The notes under the pieces are model-generated. The model saw only the letters and a program-made list of their open reading frames with translations. It was not told the DNA's origin and searched no databases. From Marsupella aquatica (taxonomy: Eukaryota > Plantae > Marchantiophyta): a stretch of DNA of 64,000 nucleotides. A program made the position numbers and the translations under genes. This document shows, piece by piece, positions 23,261 through 36,500 of the stretch. Positions within the stretch are counted from its first letter, which is position 1, and every line of letters starts with the position of its first letter. The DNA is taken from contig OZ316898.1 of assembly GCA_973895155.1 (NCBI GenBank), forward strand, positions 14,414,330 through 14,478,329, written 5' to 3'.

Positions 23261-24674
23261 CATTAGAGACGGGGCCTGATAATGGGCACCAAACCGGACT
23301 ATCAATATAAAGGGGATGTCAGCTTATAGAGTAGAAATATTATGGTTTAGACCCTACATTTCATGTCAAATTTGCTTGTGACAATTCTTATCAAAAAGCA
23401 CCCCTGTTTCATTTGTGTTTCTAAAGCTCAGTTACTCCTAAGATTTTTCCGAAAAATGTTTTCCTATCTAGTATAATGTCAGCCCATTCTGTTGATGGAT
23501 ATAATTTGTGCATTCCTCTCACTACTTTCTGTCCGATATAACCGTCTGTGACAATGTTTTTCAAAAAGCTCCCCCTCTCCCTGTCAGATGCTTCATTTCT
23601 AATTCTGAGCTCAGCTAAGAGCTTTCTAGAACCCTGTTTTGACACGCCCTATTGCTTCTACCCCATTGAGCACAATATAATATGGGTAGCCTGTAAGGTT
23701 TTTTAGGGTGGCTTGTCACAATGAGGAAGTTGATGGCAGGATGGACCTCTACTTTTTGGCAATTAGAAACTTGATGCGAGGCCAAACTATTTTTTTTTGT
23801 CAATTAGGGAGTCATACCCAGACGGACTACTGTTTGTGGTAATTATGAAGTTGGTGCCTCAATGAACTGGCCGTTTTCTACCAAAATACTAGAATGGACC
23901 AAACAATTCTTACACATAAATCGGAGCCTCATACAAAGGAAAAGTAGTTAAACCGAGCAGAAATAATGGTTTCTGAGTAAACATGTTGAGGATGATCCAT
24001 TCTAGTCGTGGGGTTTGATGGGCCATATCATGTTTCCAAAATTCTAAGATTTGGATTGTCTGCCATGAATCTGAATCCGGAGTCATGTTTTTACAATACC
24101 AGTACCTTAATTGCCCTCCTTGTTTGTAAAAACGATGCCGTGATCGATAAACTCCACGTAAAGAGTCTTTGTCGAAATTGTGTATGACTACGTAGCCGGC
24201 CAATAAGAACTTGGCATCTGGCATATTGGGGAGCCCATGACTGGCTCTTCCTCTCCTTTCAATTGGGTTTGACACGAGCACTATCTCTTCTTGTTGTACT
24301 GCTGGGTGCATGCATTCCACCTCAGAGAGCGCTGTATTAGAGTCCTCCCCAAAGCCTGTCAAGAGAAGAGAGTAGAACCAACTATCCACACCGATTGTTG
24401 TCATTTTGCTTGGACAATTCATTTTGCACACATCTACGTAAGTGGAGTTTTCTCCGTGACTACCGTCTGAAAGCCTGGAGATTATATTACTGGACTGCTG
24501 CTTTGGGACTTGTCAACTTTTTGTAGAGTCCAACACGGAGCCGAAAGCTCTGCTGGGTGAATTCTCTTTCACTCTCTGTCATTCTGCTGCCTAGTCCTCT
24601 GTCAGTCATTCGACTAGCGTGGGCCAGCCCATCGATTCCATTTTCCCTGCACGATTCGGTTTCAGTGCCGATCG

Positions 24675-27600
24675 ATGGGGTTAAGTGCTGCAGCAGCGAT
24701 GTCCGGCTTGCCAGCTGCAGCAGTCCTTCTCCGCGCTCGTTCTCTTCGATTTCTACTTTCTTTGTCTTCTTCTTCACCGTCTTCTGCTACTGTTGTTCGA
24801 TGGTTCGGTAGGAGTAGAAGTTTGGTACCATCGTCTTTAGAGTTAAATCTCTTCTCCCCTCCTTCCGCAGCAGGAGCGGGCGTCCGAAGCAACAATACAG
24901 CAGCTCTTCGTCTTCCTCACGGGGGCCCAAATTGTGGTTTGCAAGTAATGTTGGTCATGAGATTCTCTGTGGCACCTTTGGCAGCTGAAATGAATCGATA
25001 ATGAGTTTCTTTGATTTTTTTTGCTCTGGCTCTCTTGTGCTTACTTCTTCTCCTAGGCTCTCGGGTTGTCAGTTTCCAGTTGATGGGATGCGATTCGCAT
25101 GAGAGCAAGTGAAAATTTTCGAACTTTAAGGAATTCTGTACCTCAGCTGATTGGTTGCCATGCCTGTTTTTGTCCCGGGATTCCATTTTGGGGGTTGACA
25201 GTTACAAACTCCATCGGAACTGTGAGATGCCATCAGCATCAGAGCTAGTGAGAAATTTCCTCCCGAGGGAATGGTGATCCCTTAGTGGATCAGCACAATG
25301 ATGGGTGCCAAACTTGGTCTCGTCTTTTGTTCAGTCGTTGTCTTACTAGTTCGGATTGCCGGGGTTCCCCCTAAGCTGAGACTAATTGATGACGCGTTGG
25401 GACTTTTACTCTGCACAGAGTGGGAATCTCTTCAAGTATCCCGTACCTCCCTTGCATTCACATTCTATGGATGCCTTTGGGGTCCTGCACTCATCACGTC
25501 ATAAGTAGTCACCTTTGTGTCACTAGACCACCCAGCACCCAATCTCTTGCAGCATCTTCAGAGCCTCTTGGGTTTTCTGGGCTTCTTGGTAAGGGCAACT
25601 CCTTGCCACAGAGCGCCACTGGTTTTTGATGTATTATTAAGACATCAATGGTGATCGACAGGAGTCGTCAAGTCCAAAGGGAGATCTCTTGTGTTCATAA
25701 ACCGCTTCTGCCCTGGATCGAGAGTGCCGAAGCCAGGTCAGGTGTAAACTCCAAATTGAAGCGGTTTTCGCTTATCTTGTAGTACTCCGAGGTGCCCCAA
25801 ATTCCAAATTCAGGTAGGAGCCGAAAGGCCATGGGGTGCTTTACATTCGAATGGGATGCGAAGAGCCGCCAATTCGACGACATTGCATTGTCTTCAATGT
25901 GTCGGACTTCCCTTTAGTTGATTTGTAATAGGACTGCAAGTTTTGGAGTCATTTAAAATGTTGCCGGGGCCTGAGGAAAAAGGGTCATGACTTCTAGCTT
26001 AATTTTGCTCAACATTGACAATAGACGCAACGACTGGACGTAATTTTTGTTCGCTCTGGTTCTCCCTGGTCTTGAATGCTTGGGACCAGAGCTGAATTCT
26101 CATAGAAGACTTTCACCTTCTTCTTTTGACAGACTAGGAGCTCAATTCGAACCTTTGCAACCATGTCGTCTGAATTCGCGGAGTCGGTTACAAACAATCC
26201 AGGGCTCCATGAATCACCTGATGAAGCAACCAAGGGCTACTTTCTGCAGCAGACGGTGAATACTCGCCACTTGCTATCCAGTTTGTCTTCTGCACTTGCT
26301 ACTTCCGCCACACTTCTTTTTGTTTTTGTATGTAACATTTTAAAATTTCGTTCCATCCTTCCATTGGGGGCTGTGTATACGCCATACGTTTCTTCTGCTG
26401 TTTTTCGAATTCTTTTCTTGACTTCTAGGTAAGATGAGTCTGTCCCTTGATTATGTCTTTCCTATGTTCCATTGCGTACCTAATATCACTTTCAAATTCG
26501 TATATTGTTGGGATTTTGTATTGAACTGTGGAAGAAGTCTTGGTCTATTTGTCTTGCTTTGCGGGCTCTGAAGCTTTCTTGATATTGATATGTAATTTGA
26601 TGTTAACAAGGCGACTTGATTCTGCTGTGCAGATGTACAGAATTAAAGACCCCAAGATTAGCTTAGACTTTTACACCCGCATCTTGGGCATGTCGTGAGC
26701 TCCCTGTTCTTTCAACTCTCCATAAGGCTATTTGTTTCGCATGCTTGCGATTAACTAGCAATTGGCTTAAGTAATGTATTTGTGAACTTTGTTATTTGTT
26801 GCATTTGGGTGGTTACCTCGACAATTTCGAAGAGTAAACTTTGGGACAGATGATGTTGACTGATTGAAATATTTTGGATGGTTGCTTGATTGTCAGTACA
26901 ATTGTGTTTGTGAGCATTCTGGATTTTAACCGATCGGCGATCAACGCCACTGCAGGTTGCTGAAGAGATTGGACTTCCCTGAAAACAAGTTCAGCTTATA
27001 CTTTGTCGGGTACGAGGTATGTGTTACCTCTCGAATGAGTTATTATTACTTTGTCATCATGGGACTTTCACCCATGTCTTGGGTAGATGGTTCATTAAAG
27101 TGCTACCCACGATATTATTTCACCAGTCTTTGATAGAATTCCATCCTTGTGTTAACCATTGAAGTAATGGACAGGCTTTTTTTATCATAGTTTTTAACTA
27201 TGGAAGGACTGCCGCACGTTTGTTAATAGCTGTGGCGAGATGGTCGGCATTTTTCCATTTTGTCACAGATATTATCGGACTCTTTATCGTTAAGTTTTTT
27301 TTGTCACTCCATCCGCGACTCACGTCCTCCTTGTCACTTGTCCAGGATGCGAAAAGTGCTCCAACAGATGCAGTTGACCGAGTTGCATGGACCTTCGGGA
27401 AAACTGGAACACTGGAGCTTACTCAGTGAGTTAAAAAAAATCCTTTTGAGAGCGTGATTGAAGAGTAAGCATACAACCAATTCAGAAATGTGTGAATTAG
27501 GGCCTTGAAACCAGCTTTCCACCTGTTACTCATATAAAAGCCAGGCCTGAGGATTTCTTAAAGTGAACGCTGGTTGTTTTAGCATCAAGGATAGAAATCT

Positions 27601-28707
27601 AATGGCGAGTTGGTAACTTCATATCTGACGTTTTCAGATTCATTTTTATTTAACAGTAACTGGGGAACAGAATCGGATGAGAATTTCAAGGGGCACCACA
27701 ATGGAAACAGTGATCCCCGCGGTTATGGTATGGTCCTCAAACGACCCCCACTGACCTCACCTAACATGTGAAAGTCCATAGAATTAAACTTTCCTGAATG
27801 TTGGAAGATCTATAGTAGGAGTAGAGCGTATTGTCCATGAGGCTTAGTGTACAGGTTGGAATGGGTACCTTTGTCGATATTGTCTGAGATTATATTTACC
27901 ATTGCAGCTGTTTCTAAACCTTAAGCCCTGAACAAGTCTTTGAAAGGAAGGCTGTGATTTCTTCATCGAACTACGAAAATTCACTGTAAAACTCTTCACC
28001 TCTCCGTGTCATGGTGAGCATTTCAGGGCACATTGGAATAACTGTCGATGATACGTACAAGGCCTGTGAAAGGTTCGAAAATTTGGGCGTGAAATTCGTC
28101 AAGAGGCCTGATGATGGTATGTCATTATTTTTCTTTCAGATTTTGATTCATTAGACTTTTCTTCCGGATTGTGCACTTAAAGCTCCAAAGCCCAGATCTG
28201 TAAAGAAAGAGAGTAAGGTTGTCTTTAATCCTGTGACGAGGGATATCATTTCAAATCTGATCATTCGACGTAGTTACTATAGTATTGAAAAAAGACCATC
28301 GTCCGCATGAAGGAACTGACATTTGGTAGGCTTTCTGAGGAAAATAAACTCCACGAAAGATGAGCAATGCATGGCAGATAAAGTTTAGTTTCTAAGCATG
28401 CCAGCAAGCCAAGCGAATGGATACGCCACGTCTAATTTGCGGCCGTCAAACAACAACTAGATAAACAAAAAGAGACTATAGGTAATGAGAAAATGCATGT
28501 TCCACTACATCACATATAGAGAGAGGGAGTTCTACTCTACAGAATCTTTGATTACAGCCAAATGAGTGGAAATGGACAGAAATGCTGAGTACATGACTGT
28601 GGTTCCATACAGGGAAAATGAAGGGTTTGGCTTTCATACAGGACCCAGATGGCTACTGGATTGAGATTTTTGACATCAAAAACATGACTTCTATCCCGAA
28701 GGCCTGA
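24675..28707 (+). CDS. GLXI: Lactoylglutathione lyase (glyoxalase I, Zn-type single-domain) with N-terminal transit-peptide exon
   Basis: Exons 24675-24944, 26133-26255, 26633-26694, 26956-27016, 27346-27425, 27657-27727, 28027-28116, 28613-28707, phase-consistent. Motifs FLQQTMYRIKDP, LELTHNWGTE, RGYGHIGI and DPDGYWIEI. The catalytic exons are secure; the first exon is less certain. Confidence 0.93.
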
Positions 28708-30684
28708 GCTGCGTTTGCTAGTTCCATCCTTTTCACCAGTTGCAAGACCTGTCATTTTGATCTTGAACCTGCTTCGTTGTTGACAGTCTTAGATTCTTGC
28801 ACGAGATCTGTAGCTTTCGTCAATCGAACGTTTCTGTGAATTTGTTCAGTAATGTTTATATTTTGGAAGCATTTTTGCGTAAAGTGGCACATGATTGTTT
28901 CCAAGGACAAGGAAATCCTTGTGAGAATGTGAGGAGCAGCATTGACTAGCCGTCATGTTTTAAAGTGCTGCCAGTAAACAGAATCAAACCAATTGCACCT
29001 CCTGGTCAGATTTCCTTGGTGTCGGAAAACTACGTAAGTTCCTTGCACTGAGATTCACTTTCTTACAACGACCTCCCTTCACTTTGACTGCCATATCTAG
29101 GAAACTTTTGTGATAGACAATTGGCAATTCCGTCTTAATGTGGTGGACACCTCATCAGATGAGGTTGTCTCTACCCAACCCCTCAATTAGCACTACTGCG
29201 GCTGCTTTGTCACTAGCCGGGTTTTCCTTGAATTAGCTCCTGGAAGTCACAACGATATATAGAGGCTATCAATTATGTGCTCTAAACATAGTAATCCTGT
29301 TTCTGAGCATTGTGGGTTATATTACCCAGGTAATAGAGGATAGGATTTTCTCTATACCAGCCACACAAAGTATCGTGGAGGCCCTGCTAGCAAGTCATGG
29401 TATTGAAGTGGTATATAGGTTGATCCCTCAAAACTTTCCAAGTATCAAGGTATATTAAAATAATTAGTGTGTATTGCCTACTTGTATGCTTAAATGTTCT
29501 GACTTATGAATGCATGCTCTAATTTAATTCTTGTAAGTTAATTCGTGTTTTTTTTACTGTGAAGGATATTGAATGCATTTAAATTCAGTGTTTATATCAA
29601 GATTGTTTGGAAGATTCTGAAACTTAAATGACACAATACTTTCAAGAAGTCACTGTTTTTATGAAGATGTTTAGAATGCTCTTAAATGCCAACCATAAAA
29701 TCATTTTGAGATCTCATAAGCACTCCATTGCCAAAATATTTAGTTGATTAAATAATATGAAAATCATTCCTTCAACTCCTAGCAAACATGACGACCGTGA
29801 TTGAAGCAAGATCATAACGTCACAAGAAGCATAATGCATTTAGTTTAGACATTAAGTCTAGGTCACTGGTTGGGACTCTAGTGTAGGAAAGGGAGGTCCC
29901 GGGTTAACCCTTGCAAGATACAAACATGGGCCATTCTGGAGAATTACCTTACTAGCAAATAGGGAAATGGAAAATTATATTTAAAAACAAGGGGTTGACT
30001 GAAAATTGTAAAAAACAAATTCCTAAATTAAACTAAGGGCGTTATTTCTGATTCAAGCACGAGCAAACTTTCTTAGAGTTGATAAAAAATTTAATCATCA
30101 CTAAAGGAATTGGGTATTTTAAGCAGGTCAGATGGATTTCCGATATTCTGTTATTTCAGTTTGCATAAACCAAACTTGATGATGTAACCTATGGAATAAC
30201 TTCAGGGATAGCCTCCAGGAAACATGATGAGGACTAATGCTACAGTTTCAACATTTGTTCACAATTGAGGATATAGGCAAAAATGGAAAGGTTACTCCCG
30301 AGTTTACTCTTTCTGCTGAGAAGTAAGCATAAAAATCAGGACTGGCATCTTGAAGTGAGCTTAGTGGGGCAATTTACAAGAAAGGCCGAACCAACAATCA
30401 TACTCTTGACCTAAAGGAGTGGGGCCAGTTTCAGGCTAAATCTAGGCTTCCAAAGCAAAACAAAAAGTTTGTTGCCTGTCCAATCAATAATTTGTTGTAA
30501 AGCCAACGTTGGCCAATGCAAGCTGCTGGTCCCAAGGGCTCACGGAAATTGTGTTTTTTAATTCTAGTTTAGAGCATCTCCTACGTTACTGGATTTGGTT
30601 ACTCAAGGGGTGTTGACCAAACCCAGCAAGGAAAACGCAAAAATTCTGGTAGAATCCATTCACTGTCAGGCCATAGGTTTTCAG

Positions 30685-31220
30685 GGTTTAGGGCTATTAT
30701 CTTGTGAGGTTTGGGGCTAAATTTCAGTTGGCCACTTGGTACTTTCATAGACTGGTGCTGCTTTATAGTTTGTCATGATTGCTACACACAATGAACTAAA
30801 TTTGGGAACTTGGCCAGGGGATTAACCTAAGGGGTCCTAGGTCCAATCCCCCCTCCACATGGGAAAGTTGTGGAGTACATGTGAGTATATCTGAGGTATT
30901 CTGGTGAAAGTCCTGGTCTCTCTTCAGCCCCAGGCTCGTCTGCTTTGGGGCTCTGGTTCAACCCTCTCCCCCTCCTGGTCTAGGTTCTCATCGGATCCCT
31001 GGGTATGACCCCTTGTGGCTACATTAGAGAGGCGCATGCTCAGGAGTTGATGTCTATCCTCTGTTGGATGGGTAAGCTTTAGGTTTCAAGGCAACAATAT
31101 TTTGGATTTTGGGGGTTTAGGGCTACTATCTTGTGAGGGTGGGGGCTTCTTGTCAGTTGGCCAGGTAGCTACATAGAGTAGGGCTGGGGCTCCTTTTTAT
31201 TTGGTCATGATAGCTACTAA
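30685..31220. repeat. Pair of diverged ~110-bp direct repeats
   Basis: gggtttagggcta.tatcttgtgagg...tcagttggcca...tcatgat.gctac at ~30685-30787 and ~31113-31218. Confidence 0.65.
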
Positions 31221-31289
31221 AGTAAAGTAAAAAAAAAATGTTATCAGACTTGGTATTTAATGCACCCTTAGGCCAAAACCCAATGCCAG

Positions 31290-31470
31290 AATAACCAAAA
31301 CCTAGTAAGATTAGAGATGTATATCACACTGCCAAAAAGACAGGAGGCCAAACCCAGAGACATGATACCAAAGGGAAAATAACCCAGTAAAGGGAGGGAA
31401 TGGAAAGACTCCAAGAAGACCAAAGAGGCCCAGCAAGGCAAGGGGCATCCCACAAAAACAAAATGGAGAG
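31290..31470 (-). mobile_element. Dispersed repeat, probably a truncated LINE/SINE 3' end (copy 1)
   Basis: atatcacactgccaaaaagacagga...agagacatg...ccaaagg...aaccca.taaaggg...ccaagaagaccaaagag matches 42310-42420 and, inverted, 40900-40980. Confidence 0.55.
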
Positions 31471-32630
31471 GCTCGTTAATGTAGCAGGGAGGATGACACG
31501 GACCTATAATTAAATGGTCATTGTGCTGTTGCTTCTTGTTTGGTCTTGGTAAACAGAACCTGAGGTCAAACAGGACCAACAAGTCTTCCCGCCAGGAATC
31601 TATCAAGCAAGTCTTCCTACCAGGAATCTACGAAGGTGCGGTAACACTAAAATTGCAATGATGCACAGCCTTGGCAGTTACAGGCTATCGACTTTCTCTC
31701 TCGCTTCTGAAAGAAGAAGACCATGGCGTCTGGGACGGCCGGAAGGATGAGTAGAACGCCAGGAAGAACCAATAAAAGAGCAATTGCAATCCCTTCAATC
31801 TTTGACTTGTGTCATGATTTTCACAATTAGAACGTATTCTGCTCCATGATCTCCTCTACACCCTTAATCTTGATGTCACAGATTTTTATACACAATCTGC
31901 CAAACCCATTCAGAAGCGCTTCCTCCCAGAGCCGGGTTCATATTGAAGGAAACTATGGCATTCGGCAGAATATCTAATGGACCGAGCGGCCAAAACTTTA
32001 GACCCCCTCTAAACTTTGGCCCACAAAAACAGCGTACACATCGATACTCATTGGGGACCAATTGCCATGTAGGCTTGGGCAAACATCGACTGAAAGGGCT
32101 GCCAGAATTCTTCGGAAGTCAATAACCACCGGTCGCACTAAACTAACTAGTGGCTGGGATGAAATCTCTGTCTCGAAGACTCGAAATGAAAAAGTTTCCA
32201 AGGAAGAGGTATTTGTGTAGAGGCCCCGTTATTAGCATAGGAGCAGAAAAGTCCGGCGTAGATTGCTGTGGTAGACCCGAAGTGCTCCAGGTAATAGTTA
32301 TTTTCACCGGTACTGGAGTCATGATCGAGTGATCATGTCAATGCCAGGCGGCACCGTTATCCAGGCTTCGTCTACTGTGAACTCGACTGCGAGTCAGCCG
32401 GATTTCCACGCCTTGCAGGAACCTTCTGTCAACACGACGATCAAGGAGGCCTGCAAAGTGGGTACTGTAGGAGCGAGAATGAGATTCTAAAAGACGTGAC
32501 TATTTATCTACTCTACTCATGTCATGGTAGCGATGTTTGGACTAGAGTTGTAGCTTGAAATGAATACCTCCATCCGGTGATTCCAAACGGAAATTGGGCA
32601 ATCTGACCTATGCCAGTGTGTGTATCTAGT

Positions 32631-32780
32631 ATACACGTTGAAAGACTCAAGATGGCGAAAGTCATTCGGGGTCTTTCAAACGTGTATCTCGATTCACAAG
32701 GTATGGGCCCACAACTGGAGATACACTTTTGAAAGACTGAAAGACATTCAGAGTCTTTCAAACGTGTATCTCGATTCACA
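32631..32780. repeat. Two tandem hairpin units (inverted plus direct repeats)
   Basis: gagatacacttttgaaagact (32718-32738) pairs with agtctttcaaacgtgtatctc (32752-32772). A 28-bp direct repeat lies at 32671 and 32753. Confidence 0.8.
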
Positions 32781-33501
32781 CCATGCCCAGCGCTGCGCTC
32801 AGTTTATGTGAGTCCTTTAAATTATATCCGATTCCTCGGTTGTGTGCAAATAGTATAAGGACTCGGTCAGCAGGTTGAGAAGAGACGTTGGATCAGCCGC
32901 CGAACAGATCAGCGGAAGTCTCGACCCTGAGGTCATTCTTGTCATCACTGAGTAGTCAGCACAATAGTGGGGGCAACGTTTCACTGCAGTTTTTCGAGGC
33001 TACAATGGGGGATGGAGCAGGACCTGTTCATCTGGGTTGTTCATGGCACATGCCTGTACGCAACTCCTCCCTATGAAAGCAGTCAGCTTGTAATGTTCTG
33101 GGCGAGGGCATGAATAAGATTGCTCATGCATGACATCCGAAGCATCTCAACTTTAGGGCCAGCTTGTAATGTTCTTTTTTTTTGCCTTGAAAAAACTCAT
33201 TGAAATTCATCCAAAAAGCCAGCATACAACAGGGGTGGCCCACAAAAGGGGGTCGGCACCCGGGGGGGACCAAAGGTCGGGGAGCCAAAGGAACCGGAGA
33301 GGCCGGCACCAGGCGAGAAGTCAGCCCCAAAACGAGGGAGCCAAACAAGGCATTCGACTACTGCAGAAGGGGCGGCAGGACCCCAAAGACCGGCCAGTGG
33401 ATAGGTACCGGCATGGTACCAAACAGTGGGTCCGTGATGCAGCCATACGCTATATCGATCTAACCTGCAGTGAAACTTCTACCCCTGACACACACAAAAA
33501 A

Positions 33502-36500
33502 TCATGGGGGCCGAGGAGGCACTGGTGGCACCTGCAGGATATCCGCATGGATTTCCCATAGGCCATCCCATGACCCGTAGTTGGTCGTCATATAAGAGAC
33601 GGCATCGCCTAAGGATGCTTTACCGGCCCTAATTTTAAACTTTTGTTTGGCCCAATCTCTTCTTATGTAAATCCCCAGGCGGTGCCAAGATTTCCGTATG
33701 ACCGTCCGGTCACATGACCGGGTATGCTCGATGAAATGCGAACTTCTGTCCTTCCAAAGGATCCAAGAGACAATGGCCCGAAGAGTATGCCAAAGTTTCA
33801 GGGGTGTGTCCCAGTCGTCCGGGATGAATTGGACCCACTGCCAAACGGAGAAAGAAATGGGACAACTCCAGATACAATGTACTATACCTTCCTGCTGGTT
33901 AAGAGCGCAACGTGTGCACCAGGTATGTGATGGATCAGTATGGGGCAGCGATGGCATCCTCCAGTGTTGAGTAGCAGGAATCCGGTAAATGAGTTGCCAG
34001 AGGAAACAGCTCTCCACCGCTGCACGAAAGGGGAGCCAAGCATTGGCCCACAGGAGTTTCAGGTTGGGGCGCCAATTCAATCTCTCGGCCCACTTCCGGA
34101 CTGCCTTATGTGTCGTTGTTCTTAGTGGGCCCTGGATGTCTCTCAGGTGAGCAGTGCTGGTCTCCAGGAATGGAGTGCCATCCTTCCATTCATACTGCAG
34201 TAGAATCTTAAAGAGCCCCACCGGCCTGCCAATACGCTGGTGAGAGTGTACCTCACCCTTGTGTGACCGAACCATGACTCGTTGGAGCAATACATCTGCT
34301 GGTGGGTTTGAATTCTCCATCTTGTGGAGGGTCCCATTGAGGACCCTGAAGGTCCTGCAAGGAACCAATGCCTCGTGGAATTGCTGCCAGTTCGATGCGA
34401 TATGGTTGCGTTGAAGCTTGTATTCCCATATGAAGAGGTCACCATTGTGGAGTCTTGCCTCCATGAAGATCAGAATCCTCTGCCTGGGATTGGTGTGAAT
34501 TACCGGCACAGTAATCAAATTTGTGATCAGTCTCCTGTAAGCTGTAGCACAATTGCCGGGGAGGATCAGATTAGGACCGTCGTCCCAGTGGATGAAGTTC
34601 CCCTCAGTATTCACGACATCCCGCATTTGTATGAAGCCAGCCCGTTTGATACGTCTCTGTGGGTTCCGGGAGCATTTAGCCTGGCTGGAGCTCACATGAT
34701 TCAGATGTGGTCGCCACAGTGGAAGGTCCAGGCACTCCTCCCTGTGAGCCGGTGCAGTAGGTCTAAGGTGTTGCTTGATGACGTTCCATCCAATGCACAC
34801 ATTTTTCCAGACCTGCGAGCCATCCTTCGGGAGGGTATGGCATTGAGATACTGCCCATGAGAAGTCATGAGAGCCCCATTTTTGGAACGAAAGCATTTTG
34901 ATCTTATGCTGTAGGATGCTTCGAAGGGGGTGCTCGCCATCCGCCAAAGCCCAAAGAATAAAGTTTCTTGTGAGGGCCCGAAACTGTGCAGCCAGTGAGA
35001 TTAGGCCAAGACCTCCAGAACGCTTTGGCCGGGTGATAGTGGTGAAATTGACCCGAGGACGAGCTTGAATGTTTTGTCCAGCCCAGATGAAGGCCGTGAT
35101 TTTCTTTTGCAGCGCATCAAGTGTGCTCTGTTGTCCCGCCCAGACCGTGAGCATGAACCACAAGGTGCTAAGTACTAGGTGATTGACCACGGTGACCCGA
35201 GCAATGAGGGAACCAGAACTCCTCCTGATCTTGTCCAGCCTCGATTCCAGTTTCTCCATGAGAGTCGCAATCATTTGTTGTTCTCAGATGCCTTGGGCAA
35301 AGGGAATCCCCAAAAGCTTGGTGGCAGTGGATGCGTCTTCCCATTGCCATGGCAGTCGGCGGAATTCTATAGGGAGGCGTCTAGGAGAGATAAATGTTGC
35401 CTTCATTTTCTCCCAGATGCAAAAAAGTCCGGAGGCCATGCCAAAAACCTCCAAAAGATGTCTGCAAGCAACAACGTATTCCATTACCGCACGGATAATC
35501 ACAGCCAGGTCATCCGCAAAGAGATTGTGTATGTAATGGACATCGACCCCTGGGAAATACACCCCCTGAATGGAGCCACGTTTCTAGCCTCCCATCTAAT
35601 CATGCGACTAAGGGCATCAATGGCAATCAAGAATAGTAGTGGTGATAATGGACATCCCTGTCTGACTGAGCGTGCGAGACTGAAGGGGGTTGCCATCTGC
35701 CCATTTAAGAGAATCGAGGACGAGGCAGAAGCATGAGTTGCCTCCAAGAATTGTGTGAGCTGCCCACTAAAACCCACTTTTCCCAGGAGCGACAAAAGAA
35801 ACCTCCATTCAAGTTTATCAAAAGCCTTCGCTACATCCAGCTTCATGAAAATGTAGTCAAGACCAGTAGTTGACGCCTGATGTATCGATTCATTGAGGAG
35901 CATCAGTGAGTGATGTATATTTCTTCCCGGGAGAAAGGCAAACTGCTGAGGTGTAATGAAGTGCTGCAGGATGGGTGTAAGACGCATTTGGAGGGCTTTG
36001 GCTCCAATCTTGTAGATGACATTTAGTACGGTGATGGGCCGCTTATTCGTGAGGTAGCGCTGATCATCTTTCTTACATAGCAACACTATAAGACCCCTGG
36101 TAAAGTCAGGTAGGAAACTGCCTGATTCCATGCCAAGGATTAAAGCCCGGTGTAGGGATCTCCCTACAACATCCCAGTTGGCCACAAAAAATTCTGCAGG
36201 GACACCGTCTGGACCGGGACATTTGTTCTTGGCCAGGGAAGCCGCCACCAGCCTGAGCTCCTGTACCGTGAGGGGCTCATTCAAGTGGGTCGTATCCTCC
36301 TCAGAAATCTTCTCCGTTTGTAAAGCCAGTACCCTCGCCAGCTGCTCGGGGTGGAAAGCAGCTGATTGCCCCAGGATTCGTTCAAACAAGGTGGTCGTGG
36401 TTGCAGCCAGGTCGTCCCATTCCTGAATCAGCTGGCCGTCATCATTGAAAAGCTGATGAATCTCATTATTGATAGCCAAACCCTTAAATGACTTGAAAAA

